Shown here in pieces: positions 21,007 through 31,086 of a DNA stretch of 64,000 nt. The position numbers and the translations under genes are program-made. The notes below the pieces were generated by a model that saw only the letters and a list, made by a program, of their open reading frames with translations, was not told where the DNA came from and did no database searches. The stretch comes from Candidatus Woesearchaeota archaeon (GTDB taxonomy: Archaea > Nanobdellota > Nanobdellia > Woesearchaeales > SKIA01). Where the stretch lies: assembly GCA_046704725.1 (NCBI GenBank), contig JBJKRI010000004.1, forward strand, positions 1 to 64,000, written 5' to 3'. Within the stretch, counting starts at the first letter, position 1; the number at the start of each line of letters is the position of its first letter.

Positions 21007-21621
21007 TCAGTTGTTCTTTGTATTCCCGAGGGGCAACGTCGCGTATACGCTCTTTCGGGCGCGGTCGAAGACAACTACCTCTGTGATAGGGAAAGGCGGG
21101 GGGAGAGGGGTTTCAGAGATGATGCGTAACGCGTCCTGCCTGACGGTCTCATCCTCGCAGCGCACGATCGTGGTGTGGGGCGTGTAGTATTGGAAATAGA
21201 ATGGGTTCTCGTATATTCTCACCATCTCCTGTTGCTCTCTTGTGAGCTCGATATCGAAGGTTATGCCCCTTGGTCTGGAGATGTATGGCTGGGACGCCAG
21301 AACGGAGAGCTCATGCAATCGCTGGAGCGTCTCGTCATGCCCCACCAGAAACACGATATGGCCGCGATTCAGCGTCTGGACGCCAGTAAAGCGAAGTTCG
21401 AAGGGGCTGATGCTGGAGAGCTTCGTTCGGTACTCCGCGATGAAGTCGTCTATACGATTGCTGTAGAAATTCTCCCTCAGCGTGATATGCGGCGGAAGGG
21501 CGGGCATTACGCAGCTGCGCTTGAGGCGCGACCGTAATCCCTGCACGGCAGAAGCAGCTTCACCAGAGGGCCGCAGCGCCAAGACGTATTTCCCATCCAT
21601 CGAACAGGTGGGTGGAAACAT
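21007..21621 (-). CDS. 2H phosphoesterase (2'-5' RNA ligase family)
   Basis: Two H-x-T motifs: PPHITL and TPHTTI. Confidence 0.82.
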   Translation of the reverse strand: MFPPTCSMDGKYVLALRPSGEAASAVQGLRSRLKRSCVMPALPPHITLRENFYSNRIDDFIAEYRTKLSSISPFELRFTGVQTLNRGHIVFLVGHDETLQRLHELSVLASQPYISRPRGITFDIELTREQQEMVRIYENPFYFQYYTPHTTIVRCEDETVRQDALRIISETPLPPPFPITEVVVFDRARKSVYATLPLGNTKNN

Positions 21622-21674
21622 CCTTATAGACGTTTCTTAAATCAAGCGAAGGGTCATAATGGATGAGAAAAGGG

Positions 21675-21784
21675 TGTGGAGGAGGGGAATTGAACCCCTC
21701 TTTTCACTCTGCTTTTGTGGTACGTGATCCGGATGGCGAGTACGCACTACTCCCCGCGCCACAGGTAGGCGACAGCCCTCCACA
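21675..21784 (-). ncRNA. Candidate tRNA-like structured RNA
   Basis: Minus strand: (T)GTGGAGG...AGGGG-TTCAATT-CCCCT-CCTCCAC(A), i.e. acceptor stem plus T-arm; interior helices TGTGG/CCACA and GAGTA/TACTC. Confidence 0.5.
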
Positions 21785-22041
21785 GACAGGTCGCAGAGTG
21801 TCCTGGACGCGTTTTCGTTTCCTCAGTTGAGGAGCGTATCGCTCTTCCCCAACCCGTTTCCACTGAAAGTGTTTCAGTGACGGTTGTATATCTAACTTTT
21901 CGGGAAATATCGCGGGCGTGTGGGCATGGCGATTATGGATATGCATATGTGTTCCGTACGGGTTTAGAAGGACCGTCCCGAAGCGGTGATTGCTTTTTTA
22001 CTGGGTATGTATATAAACCGAAAGGCTTCCCGTCACCTGAC

Positions 22042-22116
22042 GGCCCTGTAGCTCAGCCTGGATAGAGCGTCCGGCTTCGGACCGGAAGGTCGGGGGTTCG
22101 AATCCTCCCGGGGTCA
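22042..22116 (+). tRNA. tRNA-Arg (anticodon TCG), no encoded CCA
   Basis: Full cloverleaf: GGCCCTG/CGGGGTC acceptor, GCTC/GAGC D-stem, TCCGG-CTTCGGA-CCGGA, TTCGAAT T-loop; ATATAAA at 22011. Confidence 0.96.
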
Positions 22117-22227
22117 TTCTGAATCCTAGACTGTTTCATCTGTTGTGTATGAAATCGGCATATACGACGTGGGTCTGGTAAATTCTGAGTGATTTTGATG
22201 TGCCGCGAGGTGATTGCTGTGAAGCGA

Positions 22228-22482
22228 TCATATTGAATGCACGAAATATGCAATTACCCAAAGAACTGCCCAGACGACACCTCCAACTCCCATCATTTGA
22301 AGGCTGCCTCCTATGCCAAATAGAATGCCGACAATGAGCGCTAGGTAACCGAAGAAGATGAAGTACGTGTTTGGTTGGGGCCAGAGCATATGTGTTATGC
22401 CTGTGGCCACTAACGCTACGACAATAGCCACTGCAATGGCTCCAATGACCGTCCAGAGTGATTGTGCCTTTCTTGTCAACAT
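22228..22482 (-). CDS. Small membrane protein (3 TM)
   Basis: Hydrophobic 84-aa ORF in a low-GC tract. Confidence 0.6.
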   Translation of the reverse strand: MLTRKAQSLWTVIGAIAVAIVVALVATGITHMLWPQPNTYFIFFGYLALIVGILFGIGGSLQMMGVGGVVWAVLWVIAYFVHSI

Positions 22483-22566
22483 GAATCTTGAAATTGCTCT
22501 GTCTGTATTAAAGGATCCGTCTACGTGACCAGTGCTTCATTTATAAGAGCAAAATATTGATTGCGC

Positions 22567-23487
22567 CTATACCTTATAGAACCAGCCTTTCACTCCATTC
22601 GGGTATGGAAGCATATTGTACGGTTCGGTCGTTTCGATAAAATATTTTGCGCTTCCCGTGTTCACATAGACTATCATGTGATTCACTGTCTGAGGATCAG
22701 TTGGGTTGTTTGCATCCAAGTATACAAGTTCGATGTCCCATCCCGTATTTGCAGCTTTAAGCATGCTCGCCAGCAGTATTGAAGTGTCTTTACAGTCTCC
22801 TCCTCCAGACAACAGTGTCTCCAAAGGATATTTTGGTTTCTCCGTGAACACTGCGGAGTATGTATCCAGTTCGGTCACTATGTGCCACACATCATGTATA
22901 AACTCCTCGTCGCTTGTCCGGTTCAAATATAGGCTGCGCATGACGGTACTGAAGGGAGCTGGATTAACAAAATCCATCATGTTCTGCACGCGATACGTTT
23001 GTCCATTACCTTGCAACAGGAGATATCGCATTCCACTGTTCCGTTTAATGTATCCCTCTCGAAGACTGTTATCAAGAGAAGAAAACGGTGTCGTCCACGA
23101 AATTAGATTGCCTTTATCGTCTTTGAACGCCAACAGCACAGTCTGATTGTGAATTGATATATACGGTGGCGTTAATGCTTCCCATTGTAGTTCTGTGTAA
23201 TTAGATGTCAGCGATATATACCTGTATTCAAGATTGGAGTAGTTGCTCGCGAGCATCTGGTACTCCTGCTGTGACGCTTGTAAAGAATTTTGGAGGTTTG
23301 TGATCTGCTTGTTTTGTGATGCTAGCTGAGAATTTGACTGTTTTACCAAGTCTGTTGTATGAGTTCTCTCTTTGCTGATTTCTGTGAGAGACCAGATGAC
23401 CATCCCTAAAAGAATGAGGATGACTATGACTGCTGTCCACAGCGCAAGACGATACCCTGTAAAAGACCGCCCCCTTGCCATTCCCAA
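22567..23487 (-). CDS. Membrane-anchored transglutaminase-like protein
   Basis: N-terminal TM, coiled coil, YPLETL..GGDCKDTSILLASML, HM, IETT. Confidence 0.82.
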   Translation of the reverse strand: MGMARGRSFTGYRLALWTAVIVILILLGMVIWSLTEISKERTHTTDLVKQSNSQLASQNKQITNLQNSLQASQQEYQMLASNYSNLEYRYISLTSNYTELQWEALTPPYISIHNQTVLLAFKDDKGNLISWTTPFSSLDNSLREGYIKRNSGMRYLLLQGNGQTYRVQNMMDFVNPAPFSTVMRSLYLNRTSDEEFIHDVWHIVTELDTYSAVFTEKPKYPLETLLSGGGDCKDTSILLASMLKAANTGWDIELVYLDANNPTDPQTVNHMIVYVNTGSAKYFIETTEPYNMLPYPNGVKGWFYKV

Positions 23488-23518
23488 ATCTTGATTGGAG
23501 AGCTAATAAATGCTTTCT

Positions 23519-24031
23519 CTATTCTTTCGGCTCAGAATTCTCGCCCTTCTCCTTTCGCATCAAGGCGTAGATGCGGTGTTCCACCGCGTCGCTGTCAGGC
23601 ACACTCTCCAATACCAACGCTTTCTGGTCGCCGTGCGAGGTGTGCAGTATCAGGTCCGAAGCCCCGGTCATCCGGTCCCACACCGAGGAGTCGTTCTCCA
23701 CCTTGGTTATGGATCGGTACGGCAGTGAATGCCGTTTCACGGTGATGAAGCGTCTTTCCCGAACGACGTGAGACGTGTAGAACGAGTACCGTGTATTGTG
23801 CAGTCCGATCAGGCGGTGCTTGACCATGACGAAACCGCCGAGGAAGCCGACGACGATCACGGAAATCAACAACGCCGGATGATACACCGACACCATGCCC
23901 AATTGCTCAAGCCCGATGAAGATGAAATACACAATGGCAGCAGCGATGCCGAAGCGCCAGAACCAGCGCGCATAATGCGGCACAAGGGCGTTCAATAAGG
24001 CGGGCTTTATCACGAACTGCGGTTTTTCCAC
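23519..24031 (-). CDS. bPH_2 (bacterial PH domain) membrane protein
   Basis: Two TM, then TRYSFY...SLPYRSITKVE...WDRMTGASDLIL. Confidence 0.75.
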   Translation of the reverse strand: MEKPQFVIKPALLNALVPHYARWFWRFGIAAAIVYFIFIGLEQLGMVSVYHPALLISVIVVGFLGGFVMVKHRLIGLHNTRYSFYTSHVVRERRFITVKRHSLPYRSITKVENDSSVWDRMTGASDLILHTSHGDQKALVLESVPDSDAVEHRIYALMRKEKGENSEPKE

Positions 24032-24120
24032 GGCAGAAACCCGTAGTGCGGGTATTTATGCGTTCTGCCCGAGCGCCATCGAGCGAAACGCATATAATGT
24101 GTCGCCGCGCCGGTCCGTTG

Positions 24121-25215
24121 ATGCAACCCAACGGACTCACCTATGACGAGCTCGTCAAGCAGCACACGGAGATACTCAAGGAGCTGCAGTACAAGAGCGG
24201 TCTTTTCGCGGCCAGCAGCAAGGACGTGGGAACAGGCTACGACAAGAGCTGGCTTCGGGACAACTTCTACGAATGCCTCGCCTTCGAGGTCATCGACGAC
24301 TGGGACACCGTCGCCAAGACCTACGACGCGCTCCTCAAGGTCTTCGAGAAGCACGAGAAGAAGATCGACTGGGCGATCGAGCACAAGCCCCAGGATCAGT
24401 TCCAGTACATCCACGCCCGCATCCATCCAGAGACCTTCGAGGAGTTCTGGGAGGAGTGGGGCAACAAGCAGAACGACGCGGTGGGAGCCATCCTGTTCCG
24501 GATAGGCGAGCTCGAGCGGCACAAGCCGGGTTTCATCATCAAGGACTTCCACCACATGCGCATCACCCAGAAGCTCGTGGACTATCTGAGCAGCCTGGAG
24601 TACTGGCACGACCCGGACAACGGGATCTGGGAGAACGACGAGGAGATACACGCGAGCAGCATCGGCGCGTGCGTGGCGGGCCTCAAGGCCGTCAACGCGA
24701 TATCAGGGATCAACGTCGACCCCGAGGTCATCGAGGCGGGGGAATCAATGCTGAATGCCATGCTCCCCAGAGAGAGCGACAGGAAGTTCGTCGACCTCGC
24801 GCTGCTCTCATTGATCTGGCCGTACCACGTAGTGAACAAGGAGCAAGAAGAGGAGATCCTCAAGAACGTCACCTACCTGCTGGAACGGGAACGCGGCGTC
24901 ATCCGGTACAAGAACGACTGGTACTACAACAAGAATCCCGACGGCTACAGCGAGGAGGCGGAATGGACCTTCGGCCTGGCGTGGCTGGCCATCATCTACG
25001 AGCGGCGCGGAGAACAAGAAAAAGCGCAGCACTACATCGACAAGATGCTCGCGACCGTCACAGAGAAAGGCGTTCCCGAGCTGTACTACAGCCACACGGA
25101 CAAGCCCAACGAGAACAACCCGCTGGGCTGGAGCGAGAGCCTGTTCATCGTGGCATTGCACGGCATGAACAGGAAGCTCCTGGCAGGAGAGACCATCCAC
25201 GAACCGCCCGAATAG
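24121..25215 (+). CDS. Glycoside hydrolase family 15-like (glucoamylase-like)
   Basis: GYDKSWLRD, DNGIWE, HASSIGACVAGL, GVIRY, LGWS. Confidence 0.8.
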   Translation: MQPNGLTYDELVKQHTEILKELQYKSGLFAASSKDVGTGYDKSWLRDNFYECLAFEVIDDWDTVAKTYDALLKVFEKHEKKIDWAIEHKPQDQFQYIHARIHPETFEEFWEEWGNKQNDAVGAILFRIGELERHKPGFIIKDFHHMRITQKLVDYLSSLEYWHDPDNGIWENDEEIHASSIGACVAGLKAVNAISGINVDPEVIEAGESMLNAMLPRESDRKFVDLALLSLIWPYHVVNKEQEEEILKNVTYLLERERGVIRYKNDWYYNKNPDGYSEEAEWTFGLAWLAIIYERRGEQEKAQHYIDKMLATVTEKGVPELYYSHTDKPNENNPLGWSESLFIVALHGMNRKLLAGETIHEPPE

Positions 25216-25267
25216 GATGGACGAAACGTCGCAAAGCTTTATATGCTGACGAGCCGTCGCAGAAGCC

Positions 25268-25819
25268 ATGGTCATCGGCTGGGTCATCCTGGGTATCGTC
25301 GTCGTCATCGCGCTTGTCATCTGGCTGGTGTACAACAGCTTCATCCGGGTCAAGAACCAGGTGGAGAACAGCTGGGCGCAGATCGATGTGCAGCTCAAAC
25401 GACGGACGGACCTGATACCGAACCTCGTCGAGACCGTGAAGGGATACGCCAAGCACGAGAAGACCGTGCTCGAGGACGTGACCAAGGCGCGCACCGCCCT
25501 CATGCAAGCGAAAAGCGTCGGCCAGAAAGCCAAGGCGAGCAACCAATTGACGGACACGCTCAAGAGCCTGTTCGCGGTGAGCGAGAACTATCCACAGTTG
25601 AAAGCGAACGAGAACTTCCTCCAGCTCCAAGAGGAGCTGTCAGGCACAGAGAACAAGATCGCGTACTCACGCCAGCACTACAACGACATGGTCATGCGCT
25701 ACAACACCTTGCGAGAGAGCTTCCCCAGCAATATGATCGCGAGCATGTTCAACTTCGGCAAGCGCGACATGTTCGAGACGCCCGAAGCGGAAAAACAACC
25801 CGTGAAGGTCAGCTTCTAG
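25268..25819 (+). CDS. lemA: LemA family protein
   Basis: [38 protein letters not shown]. Confidence 0.95.
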   Translation: MVIGWVILGIVVVIALVIWLVYNSFIRVKNQVENSWAQIDVQLKRRTDLIPNLVETVKGYAKHEKTVLEDVTKARTALMQAKSVGQKAKASNQLTDTLKSLFAVSENYPQLKANENFLQLQEELSGTENKIAYSRQHYNDMVMRYNTLRESFPSNMIASMFNFGKRDMFETPEAEKQPVKVSF

Positions 25820-25823
25820 GGGC

Positions 25824-26720
25824 ATGGAAAAACGCGTCAGCTTCGATGAGATCCGCGCGAACAACATCCGCTCGGGAGTACTCATCTTCTTCTTCCTCTG
25901 CATAGCGGCAGGACTGGGGCTCATCCTCGGATTGTTCTGGGGGAGCATCTGGGGCGGCCTGATCACAGCGGTCCTTGTCGCGATCATCTACAGCATCATC
26001 GCCTACCACAACGGCCGCGGCATGATCACAAGCCTCATGCACGCCAAGCCCGCGACGAAAAAAGAATACCCTTACCTGGTCAACACCGTGGAAGGGCTCG
26101 CGCTCGCCGCGGGAGTGCCCACTCCCAAGATCTACGTGATGAAGGACTCGGCGCGGAACGCTTTTGCGACGGGCACAGGACCGAACGACTCGGCCATCGT
26201 CGTCACCACAGGATTGCTAGAGGTCATGGACCGCCAAGAGCTCGAAGGCGTCATCGCGCACGAGATGAGCCACATCCAGAACTATGACATCAGGACCATG
26301 CTCGTCGCGGCCGTCATCGCAGGGGTCATCGTGCTGCTCGCGGACATCCTGCTCCGCAGTTTCCTGTGGGGCGGCGGGCGACGCGACAACAACAACGGCG
26401 GCGGAGTGCTCATCGTCGTCGGGCTCGTGCTCGCCATCCTGTCACCGATCATCGCGCAATTGATCCAGCTCGCCATCAGCCGGAAGCGCGAGTTCGCGGC
26501 CGACGCCGGAGCGGCGGTCCTCACCAGATACCCGCCAGGGCTTGCCAGCGCGCTCAAGAAGATCGAGAAGGACCCGGACCCGCTCGTGGACACGGCGAAC
26601 CGGGCGACAGCGCACCTTTTCATCAGCACGCCGTTCGCGAAGCACAAGGGCTTTTTCACGAACCTGTTCAGCACCCACCCGCCCCTCCAGGAGCGCATCA
26701 AGCGGCTCGAACAGATGTGA
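25824..26720 (+). CDS. htpX: M48 zinc metalloprotease HtpX
   Basis: NAFATG, AHEMSH, SRKREFAAD, STHPP. Confidence 0.93.
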   Translation: MEKRVSFDEIRANNIRSGVLIFFFLCIAAGLGLILGLFWGSIWGGLITAVLVAIIYSIIAYHNGRGMITSLMHAKPATKKEYPYLVNTVEGLALAAGVPTPKIYVMKDSARNAFATGTGPNDSAIVVTTGLLEVMDRQELEGVIAHEMSHIQNYDIRTMLVAAVIAGVIVLLADILLRSFLWGGGRRDNNNGGGVLIVVGLVLAILSPIIAQLIQLAISRKREFAADAGAAVLTRYPPGLASALKKIEKDPDPLVDTANRATAHLFISTPFAKHKGFFTNLFSTHPPLQERIKRLEQM

Positions 26721-26721
26721 G

Positions 26722-26964
26722 CTAGGCGGCCTCGCCGCTCGGATACGGCTCATAGACCTCGACAGAACCGTCCTTCTCGTGGACGAGGATACGGCCGCCC
26801 ATGCCGGCGAGATGCCAGGCGTGATGCACGGCATCCTCCTCTGTCAAGAAATACTCCGGCTCCGCCCCTTGCTCGTCTCCCACGACGAGCCAACGCAGCC
26901 CGTCGACAGCCCGCTCCACGTGCATCACTCGTCCCATGAAAGAATGCATGTCGTCTTCACCCAT
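26722..26964 (-). CDS. Small DUF2188-like protein
   Basis: HV...W.V.G......F.T.E.A...A..LA.....ILVHEKDG pattern. Confidence 0.55.
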   Translation of the reverse strand: MGEDDMHSFMGRVMHVERAVDGLRWLVVGDEQGAEPEYFLTEEDAVHHAWHLAGMGGRILVHEKDGSVEVYEPYPSGEAA

Positions 26965-27012
26965 AAACCCATCGGCCAAAGGGCTTAAAAGTCCTCCTCG
27001 CCAGAAGAATGC

Positions 27013-28305
27013 GTGGTCAATATCCTCAAGGAGCTCGATGAACACATCCAGGCGTACAGCGAGCCCGCGCAGAGAGTCCTGAAAGGAGAGATCGCCCACG
27101 CCAAGAACGGCAATGACCAAGCGAGCGGGCTGGCCCTCATACGCGTACGTAACTGGATTACCGAGCTGCTCGCGCAGCAGGACCTCGACGCGAGGATCCG
27201 CAAGGAAGCGGGTGCAGCACAGAGCCAGATCAGGTCCCTGCTCGGACGCAACGAACGCAAAGAGCCGTACGACAAGCATCGCCTGGAGGATGTACGCCTG
27301 CTCGTCCGGCTGCTGGAGGATATCGCCAAGCACGAGACGCTCACCCCGGAAAGAGCTGAGCTGTTGCAGAAACTCGATCTGCTCTTCCACCAACGCGGCC
27401 GGGCCGCCACGCGCGAAGCGGAGCTCGCCAAGGCGCTGCTCAAGGTGGAGATCACTTTCGCGAAAGAGCACGACCCAAGGCCGCAACAAGAAATGCTCAA
27501 GGTCATCGAGAACCGTCTCCTAGGGATGCAAAAGAACACGAACAAGAAAGCGAGAAAGCGCATCGAAACAGCGCTCAATTGCATCACGCTGCTCGGAGAA
27601 CTCAAGCATCCAGGAGAGAGCACCGAGCACGACAAGGAACGCATGAACTGCGTGAAGGACATCATCGCCGCGCTCGACGAGACCCCCGCAAAGAAACGAC
27701 GACGCGGGTGGCTGCGGCGTTTCATAGCCGGTGGACTGCTGTTCGGTGGCCTGCTCGGATCGCAGGCCGTGCGCGCCCAACACACCTCGCAACCGCCGGA
27801 AGCAGCGCAGGTGCAACAACAGATGAGACAGCCGTTCACGCAAGAGGGCATCGCCACGATCTACGCAGGATTCTTCCAGGGAAGGACCACGTCGGCCGGG
27901 ACGCGTTTCGACCAAGGTCGCGTGAGCGCTGCGGTACCGTTGGGCAGCCCGCTCTTCAATAGGGCGCATCCCTACAGGCTCCGGATCACGAACCTGGATA
28001 ACGGCCGGACGATCGTGGCGGACGCTGAGGACAAGGGAGACTTCGGATACCATAAGGAAAAGGGCGATTGGGTCGAGAACAAGTACGCGACGCAAGACAG
28101 CGTGCCGCGTATCGTGGACCTGTCCATGGCCGCAGCCCTCAAGCTCGGTATTATAACGCCAACAGAATTCCGTGACGCGGAGAAGGATGGCTTCCGCGTC
28201 AATATCCGTCGCTCCGCCCATGTGCGCGTCACGCTGGTCGCTCCTCCGCAGGCGCAGAGCATCGTGAAGGCCGAGAGCGTGGGCGACCCCGCGCAGGTCC
28301 TGTAA
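27013..28305 (+). CDS. Membrane-anchored protein with C-terminal RlpA-like (DPBB) lytic transglycosylase domain
   Basis: GIATIY..FQGRTTSAGTRFD, LRITNLDNGRTI, EDKGDF, RIVDLSMAAALKLG; TM after RRR. Confidence 0.82.
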   Translation: MVNILKELDEHIQAYSEPAQRVLKGEIAHAKNGNDQASGLALIRVRNWITELLAQQDLDARIRKEAGAAQSQIRSLLGRNERKEPYDKHRLEDVRLLVRLLEDIAKHETLTPERAELLQKLDLLFHQRGRAATREAELAKALLKVEITFAKEHDPRPQQEMLKVIENRLLGMQKNTNKKARKRIETALNCITLLGELKHPGESTEHDKERMNCVKDIIAALDETPAKKRRRGWLRRFIAGGLLFGGLLGSQAVRAQHTSQPPEAAQVQQQMRQPFTQEGIATIYAGFFQGRTTSAGTRFDQGRVSAAVPLGSPLFNRAHPYRLRITNLDNGRTIVADAEDKGDFGYHKEKGDWVENKYATQDSVPRIVDLSMAAALKLGIITPTEFRDAEKDGFRVNIRRSAHVRVTLVAPPQAQSIVKAESVGDPAQVL

Positions 28306-28341
28306 CGAACGATTTAAGAACGAGCGGTTCACGGTGAATGG

Positions 28342-29076
28342 GTGGCGGGGATCATCATCACCTTCGAGGGCATCGACAGGTGCGGGAAGGGGTCGCAGAT
28401 CAAGCTCCTCAAGGAGCTGCTCGAACGCATGCACGTGACGCACGTCATCTCGCGCGAGCCGGGAGGGACGTCCTACGGCGAGGCCGCCAGGCGCATGGCG
28501 CAGGACCCCAAGTTCATCCTCCGGCTCAACGAAGCCTACAAGGACCTCGACGTGCCGCACCTGCCGACGAACGAGGACCTCGAGCCGCACGGAGAGCTCT
28601 TCACGTACCTGGTCGCGAGGAGCCTGTTCTACTCCCAACGCGTCATTCCCTTCGTGGCGAAAGGAGGAGTCTTCATCGCCGACCGCGGACCGGACAGCAG
28701 CACGGCCTACCAAGGCTACGGACTGTTCCAAAACGAGTCGGACGTGGATTTCGTGCGCCGGGCGAACGATTTCGCCACGCAGAAAGCGCGGATCGCGCGC
28801 ACCTACCTGCTCGACATCACCGTGGAGGAATCCGAAAGACGCAGCGCGGAGACCGAGTTCGGCGACGGCAAGGACCGCATCGAGCTGCGTGAGCGAGAAT
28901 TCTTCACACGCGTTCGCGACGGCTATCTCTCATTGGCGAAAGACGAGCCGGAGCGCTTTCTCGTGCTGGACGGCACGCTGAGCATCGAGGAATTGCACGC
29001 GCGGATCAAAGCGGACGTGATCGGATTGCTGCGCGAGGCAGGCATCATCCCGACCGGGCTGGAAGAAGGCATATAA
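28342..29076 (+). CDS. tmk: Thymidylate kinase
   Basis: ITFEGIDRCGKGSQ, REPGG, ADRGPDSSTAYQG. Confidence 0.92.
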   Translation: MAGIIITFEGIDRCGKGSQIKLLKELLERMHVTHVISREPGGTSYGEAARRMAQDPKFILRLNEAYKDLDVPHLPTNEDLEPHGELFTYLVARSLFYSQRVIPFVAKGGVFIADRGPDSSTAYQGYGLFQNESDVDFVRRANDFATQKARIARTYLLDITVEESERRSAETEFGDGKDRIELREREFFTRVRDGYLSLAKDEPERFLVLDGTLSIEELHARIKADVIGLLREAGIIPTGLEEGI

Positions 29077-29098
29077 ATCGGGAGGCATTCGCGCCACC

Positions 29099-29115
29099 GT
29101 CGACCTAAAATCGAC
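29099..29115. promoter_or_regulatory. Operator candidate GTCGACCTAAAATCGAC upstream of groES
   Basis: GTCGA-N7-TCGAC palindrome 28 nt after ATATAAA (29071); similar to both motifs in the grpE intergenic region. Confidence 0.65.
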
Positions 29116-29129
29116 GTGAGGTGTTGCAC

Positions 29130-29408
29130 ATGCAGATACGACCGATCGGAGAACGCGTCCTCATCCGGACGATACAGCAAGAAGAGCGCACCGCCTCGGG
29201 CATCTACCTGCCGGAGAGCGCGCGCGAAGGCAAGAAAGAAGGCATCGTCGAAGCCGTGGGAGAAAAAGACGGCAAGCCCCTCCCGCTCAAGAAAGGAGAG
29301 CGGATCCTGTACGGCGGCTACAGCGCCGACGAGTTCGAGATGGACGGCACGACATTCATCATCCTCGAGTACAAGGACCTGCTCGCGACCATCGGAGGGA
29401 CCAAATGA
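29130..29408 (+). CDS. groES: Co-chaperonin GroES
   Basis: [18 protein letters not shown]. Confidence 0.95.
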   Translation: MQIRPIGERVLIRTIQQEERTASGIYLPESAREGKKEGIVEAVGEKDGKPLPLKKGERILYGGYSADEFEMDGTTFIILEYKDLLATIGGTK

Positions 29409-31003
29409 GCAAGCAGATCATGTTCGACGAGGGCGCGCGCCAAGCATTGCAGAAAGGCATCGACAAGGTCGCGAACGTCGTGAAAGTCACGCTGGGCCCG
29501 AGAGGACGCAACGTCATCCTCGACAAGGAAGCGAGCCCGACGGTGACGAACGACGGAGTCACCATCGCCAAGCACATCGAACTGCAGGACGGCTTCGAGA
29601 ACGTCGGCGCGAAACTCATCAAGGAGGTCGCGAGCAAGACGCAGGACCGCGCGGGAGACGGCACGACAACAGCGACGGTTCTCGCGCAGGCCATGATCGC
29701 GGAGGGCCTCAAGAACATCACCGCCGGAGCGAACCCCATCGAGGTCAAGCGCGGCATCGAAGAGGCGACCAAGCACGTCGTCCTCCAGCTGAAAGAGAAG
29801 AGCGTTCCCGTCAAGGACAAGGAACGCATCGAGCAGGTCGCAACAGTCAGCGCCAATAACGACGAGGAGATCGGCACGCTCATCGCCGAAGCGATGGAGA
29901 AGGTCGGCTCGTCCGGCGTCATCACCGTCGAGGAAGCGAAGAGCATGGAGACCTCGCTCGAGGTCGTCGAGGGCATGCAGTTCGACAAGGGCTACATGAG
30001 CCCGTACATGGCGACCGACCAGGAGAAGATGGAGGCCGTCTACGACGACCCGTACATCCTGGTGACCGACAAGAAGATCAGCACGATGAAAGAGATCGTG
30101 CCCGTCCTTGAACTATCCGCCCAGCAGGGAAAGCCGTTGTACATCATCGCCGACGACGTGGACGGAGAGGCGCTGACCACGCTGGTCCTCAACATCCTGC
30201 GCGGCGCACTCAAGGTCGTCGCCGTGAAGGCGCCGGGCTTCGGCGACGAGCGGAAAGCCTTGCTGCAAGACATCGCCGTCCTCACGGGCGCGACGGTCAT
30301 CAGCGAACAGCTCGGCGGAAAGCTCGAGAGCGTGACGGCGCACGACCTCGGACGCGCCGGGCGCGTCAAGAGCAGCAAGGAGAGCACGGTGATCATCGAG
30401 GGCAAGGGCGACGCCAAATCATTGAAGGAACGCATCGGCATGCTCAAGAACCAGATGAAGAGCGAGGAGAAGGAGTACAAGCGCGACGAGCTGCAAAAGC
30501 GCCTGGCCAAGCTCTCCGGCGGTGTCGCGGTCATCAACGTGGGCGCAGCGACGGAGACCGAGCTCAAGGAGAAGAAGATGCGCATCGACGACGCGCTCCA
30601 CGCGACGAAGGCCGCCGTGGAGGAAGGAGTCGTTCCCGGAGGGGGCATCACGCTCTTCCGCGCCGCAGCGACCCTCGAAAAGAAGAAGGGCGAGCGCGGC
30701 GTGGGCATCGCGATCGTGCGGAAAGCCTTGGAAGAGCCTCTGAGACAGATCGCGCACAACGCGGGCGTCGAGCCCGCGGAAGTCGTCGCCAAGCTGCGCG
30801 AGCACAAGGACGCGTACGGCTACAACGCACGGACAGGGGTCTATGAGGACCTGTACAAGGCCGGCGTCATAGACCCCACGAAGGTCGTTCGCAACGCCTT
30901 GCAGAGCGCGTCGAGCATCGCGGCGATGCTCCTCACCACGGAGAGCGTCGTGACGGATTTCGACGACGAGAAGGACAAGGGCAGCCCCGCGATCATCATC
31001 TGA
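29405..31003 (+). CDS. groEL: Group I chaperonin GroEL
   Basis: [35 protein letters not shown]; no GGM tail. Confidence 0.97.
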   Translation: MSKQIMFDEGARQALQKGIDKVANVVKVTLGPRGRNVILDKEASPTVTNDGVTIAKHIELQDGFENVGAKLIKEVASKTQDRAGDGTTTATVLAQAMIAEGLKNITAGANPIEVKRGIEEATKHVVLQLKEKSVPVKDKERIEQVATVSANNDEEIGTLIAEAMEKVGSSGVITVEEAKSMETSLEVVEGMQFDKGYMSPYMATDQEKMEAVYDDPYILVTDKKISTMKEIVPVLELSAQQGKPLYIIADDVDGEALTTLVLNILRGALKVVAVKAPGFGDERKALLQDIAVLTGATVISEQLGGKLESVTAHDLGRAGRVKSSKESTVIIEGKGDAKSLKERIGMLKNQMKSEEKEYKRDELQKRLAKLSGGVAVINVGAATETELKEKKMRIDDALHATKAAVEEGVVPGGGITLFRAAATLEKKKGERGVGIAIVRKALEEPLRQIAHNAGVEPAEVVAKLREHKDAYGYNARTGVYEDLYKAGVIDPTKVVRNALQSASSIAAMLLTTESVVTDFDDEKDKGSPAIII

Positions 31004-31086
31004 AGCCGAAAGCTCATTTTCCATTACATTTCTCCTAAACGCTCCATTCGAGAATAGGTGTTAGGAGATATGTATTGGATGCGTGT

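Noticed and set aside
21800-21830. Hammerhead-like CTGAGGA...GAAA on the minus strand
   Set aside because: No stem II, and stems I and III cannot be paired correctly
21675-21990. tmRNA, tRNA-Sec, RNase P or SRP identity for the structured RNA
   Set aside because: No G3:U70 alanine identity or tag ORF inside the acceptor stem, no UCA anticodon arm, and no recognisable RNase P or SRP consensus; left as unknown
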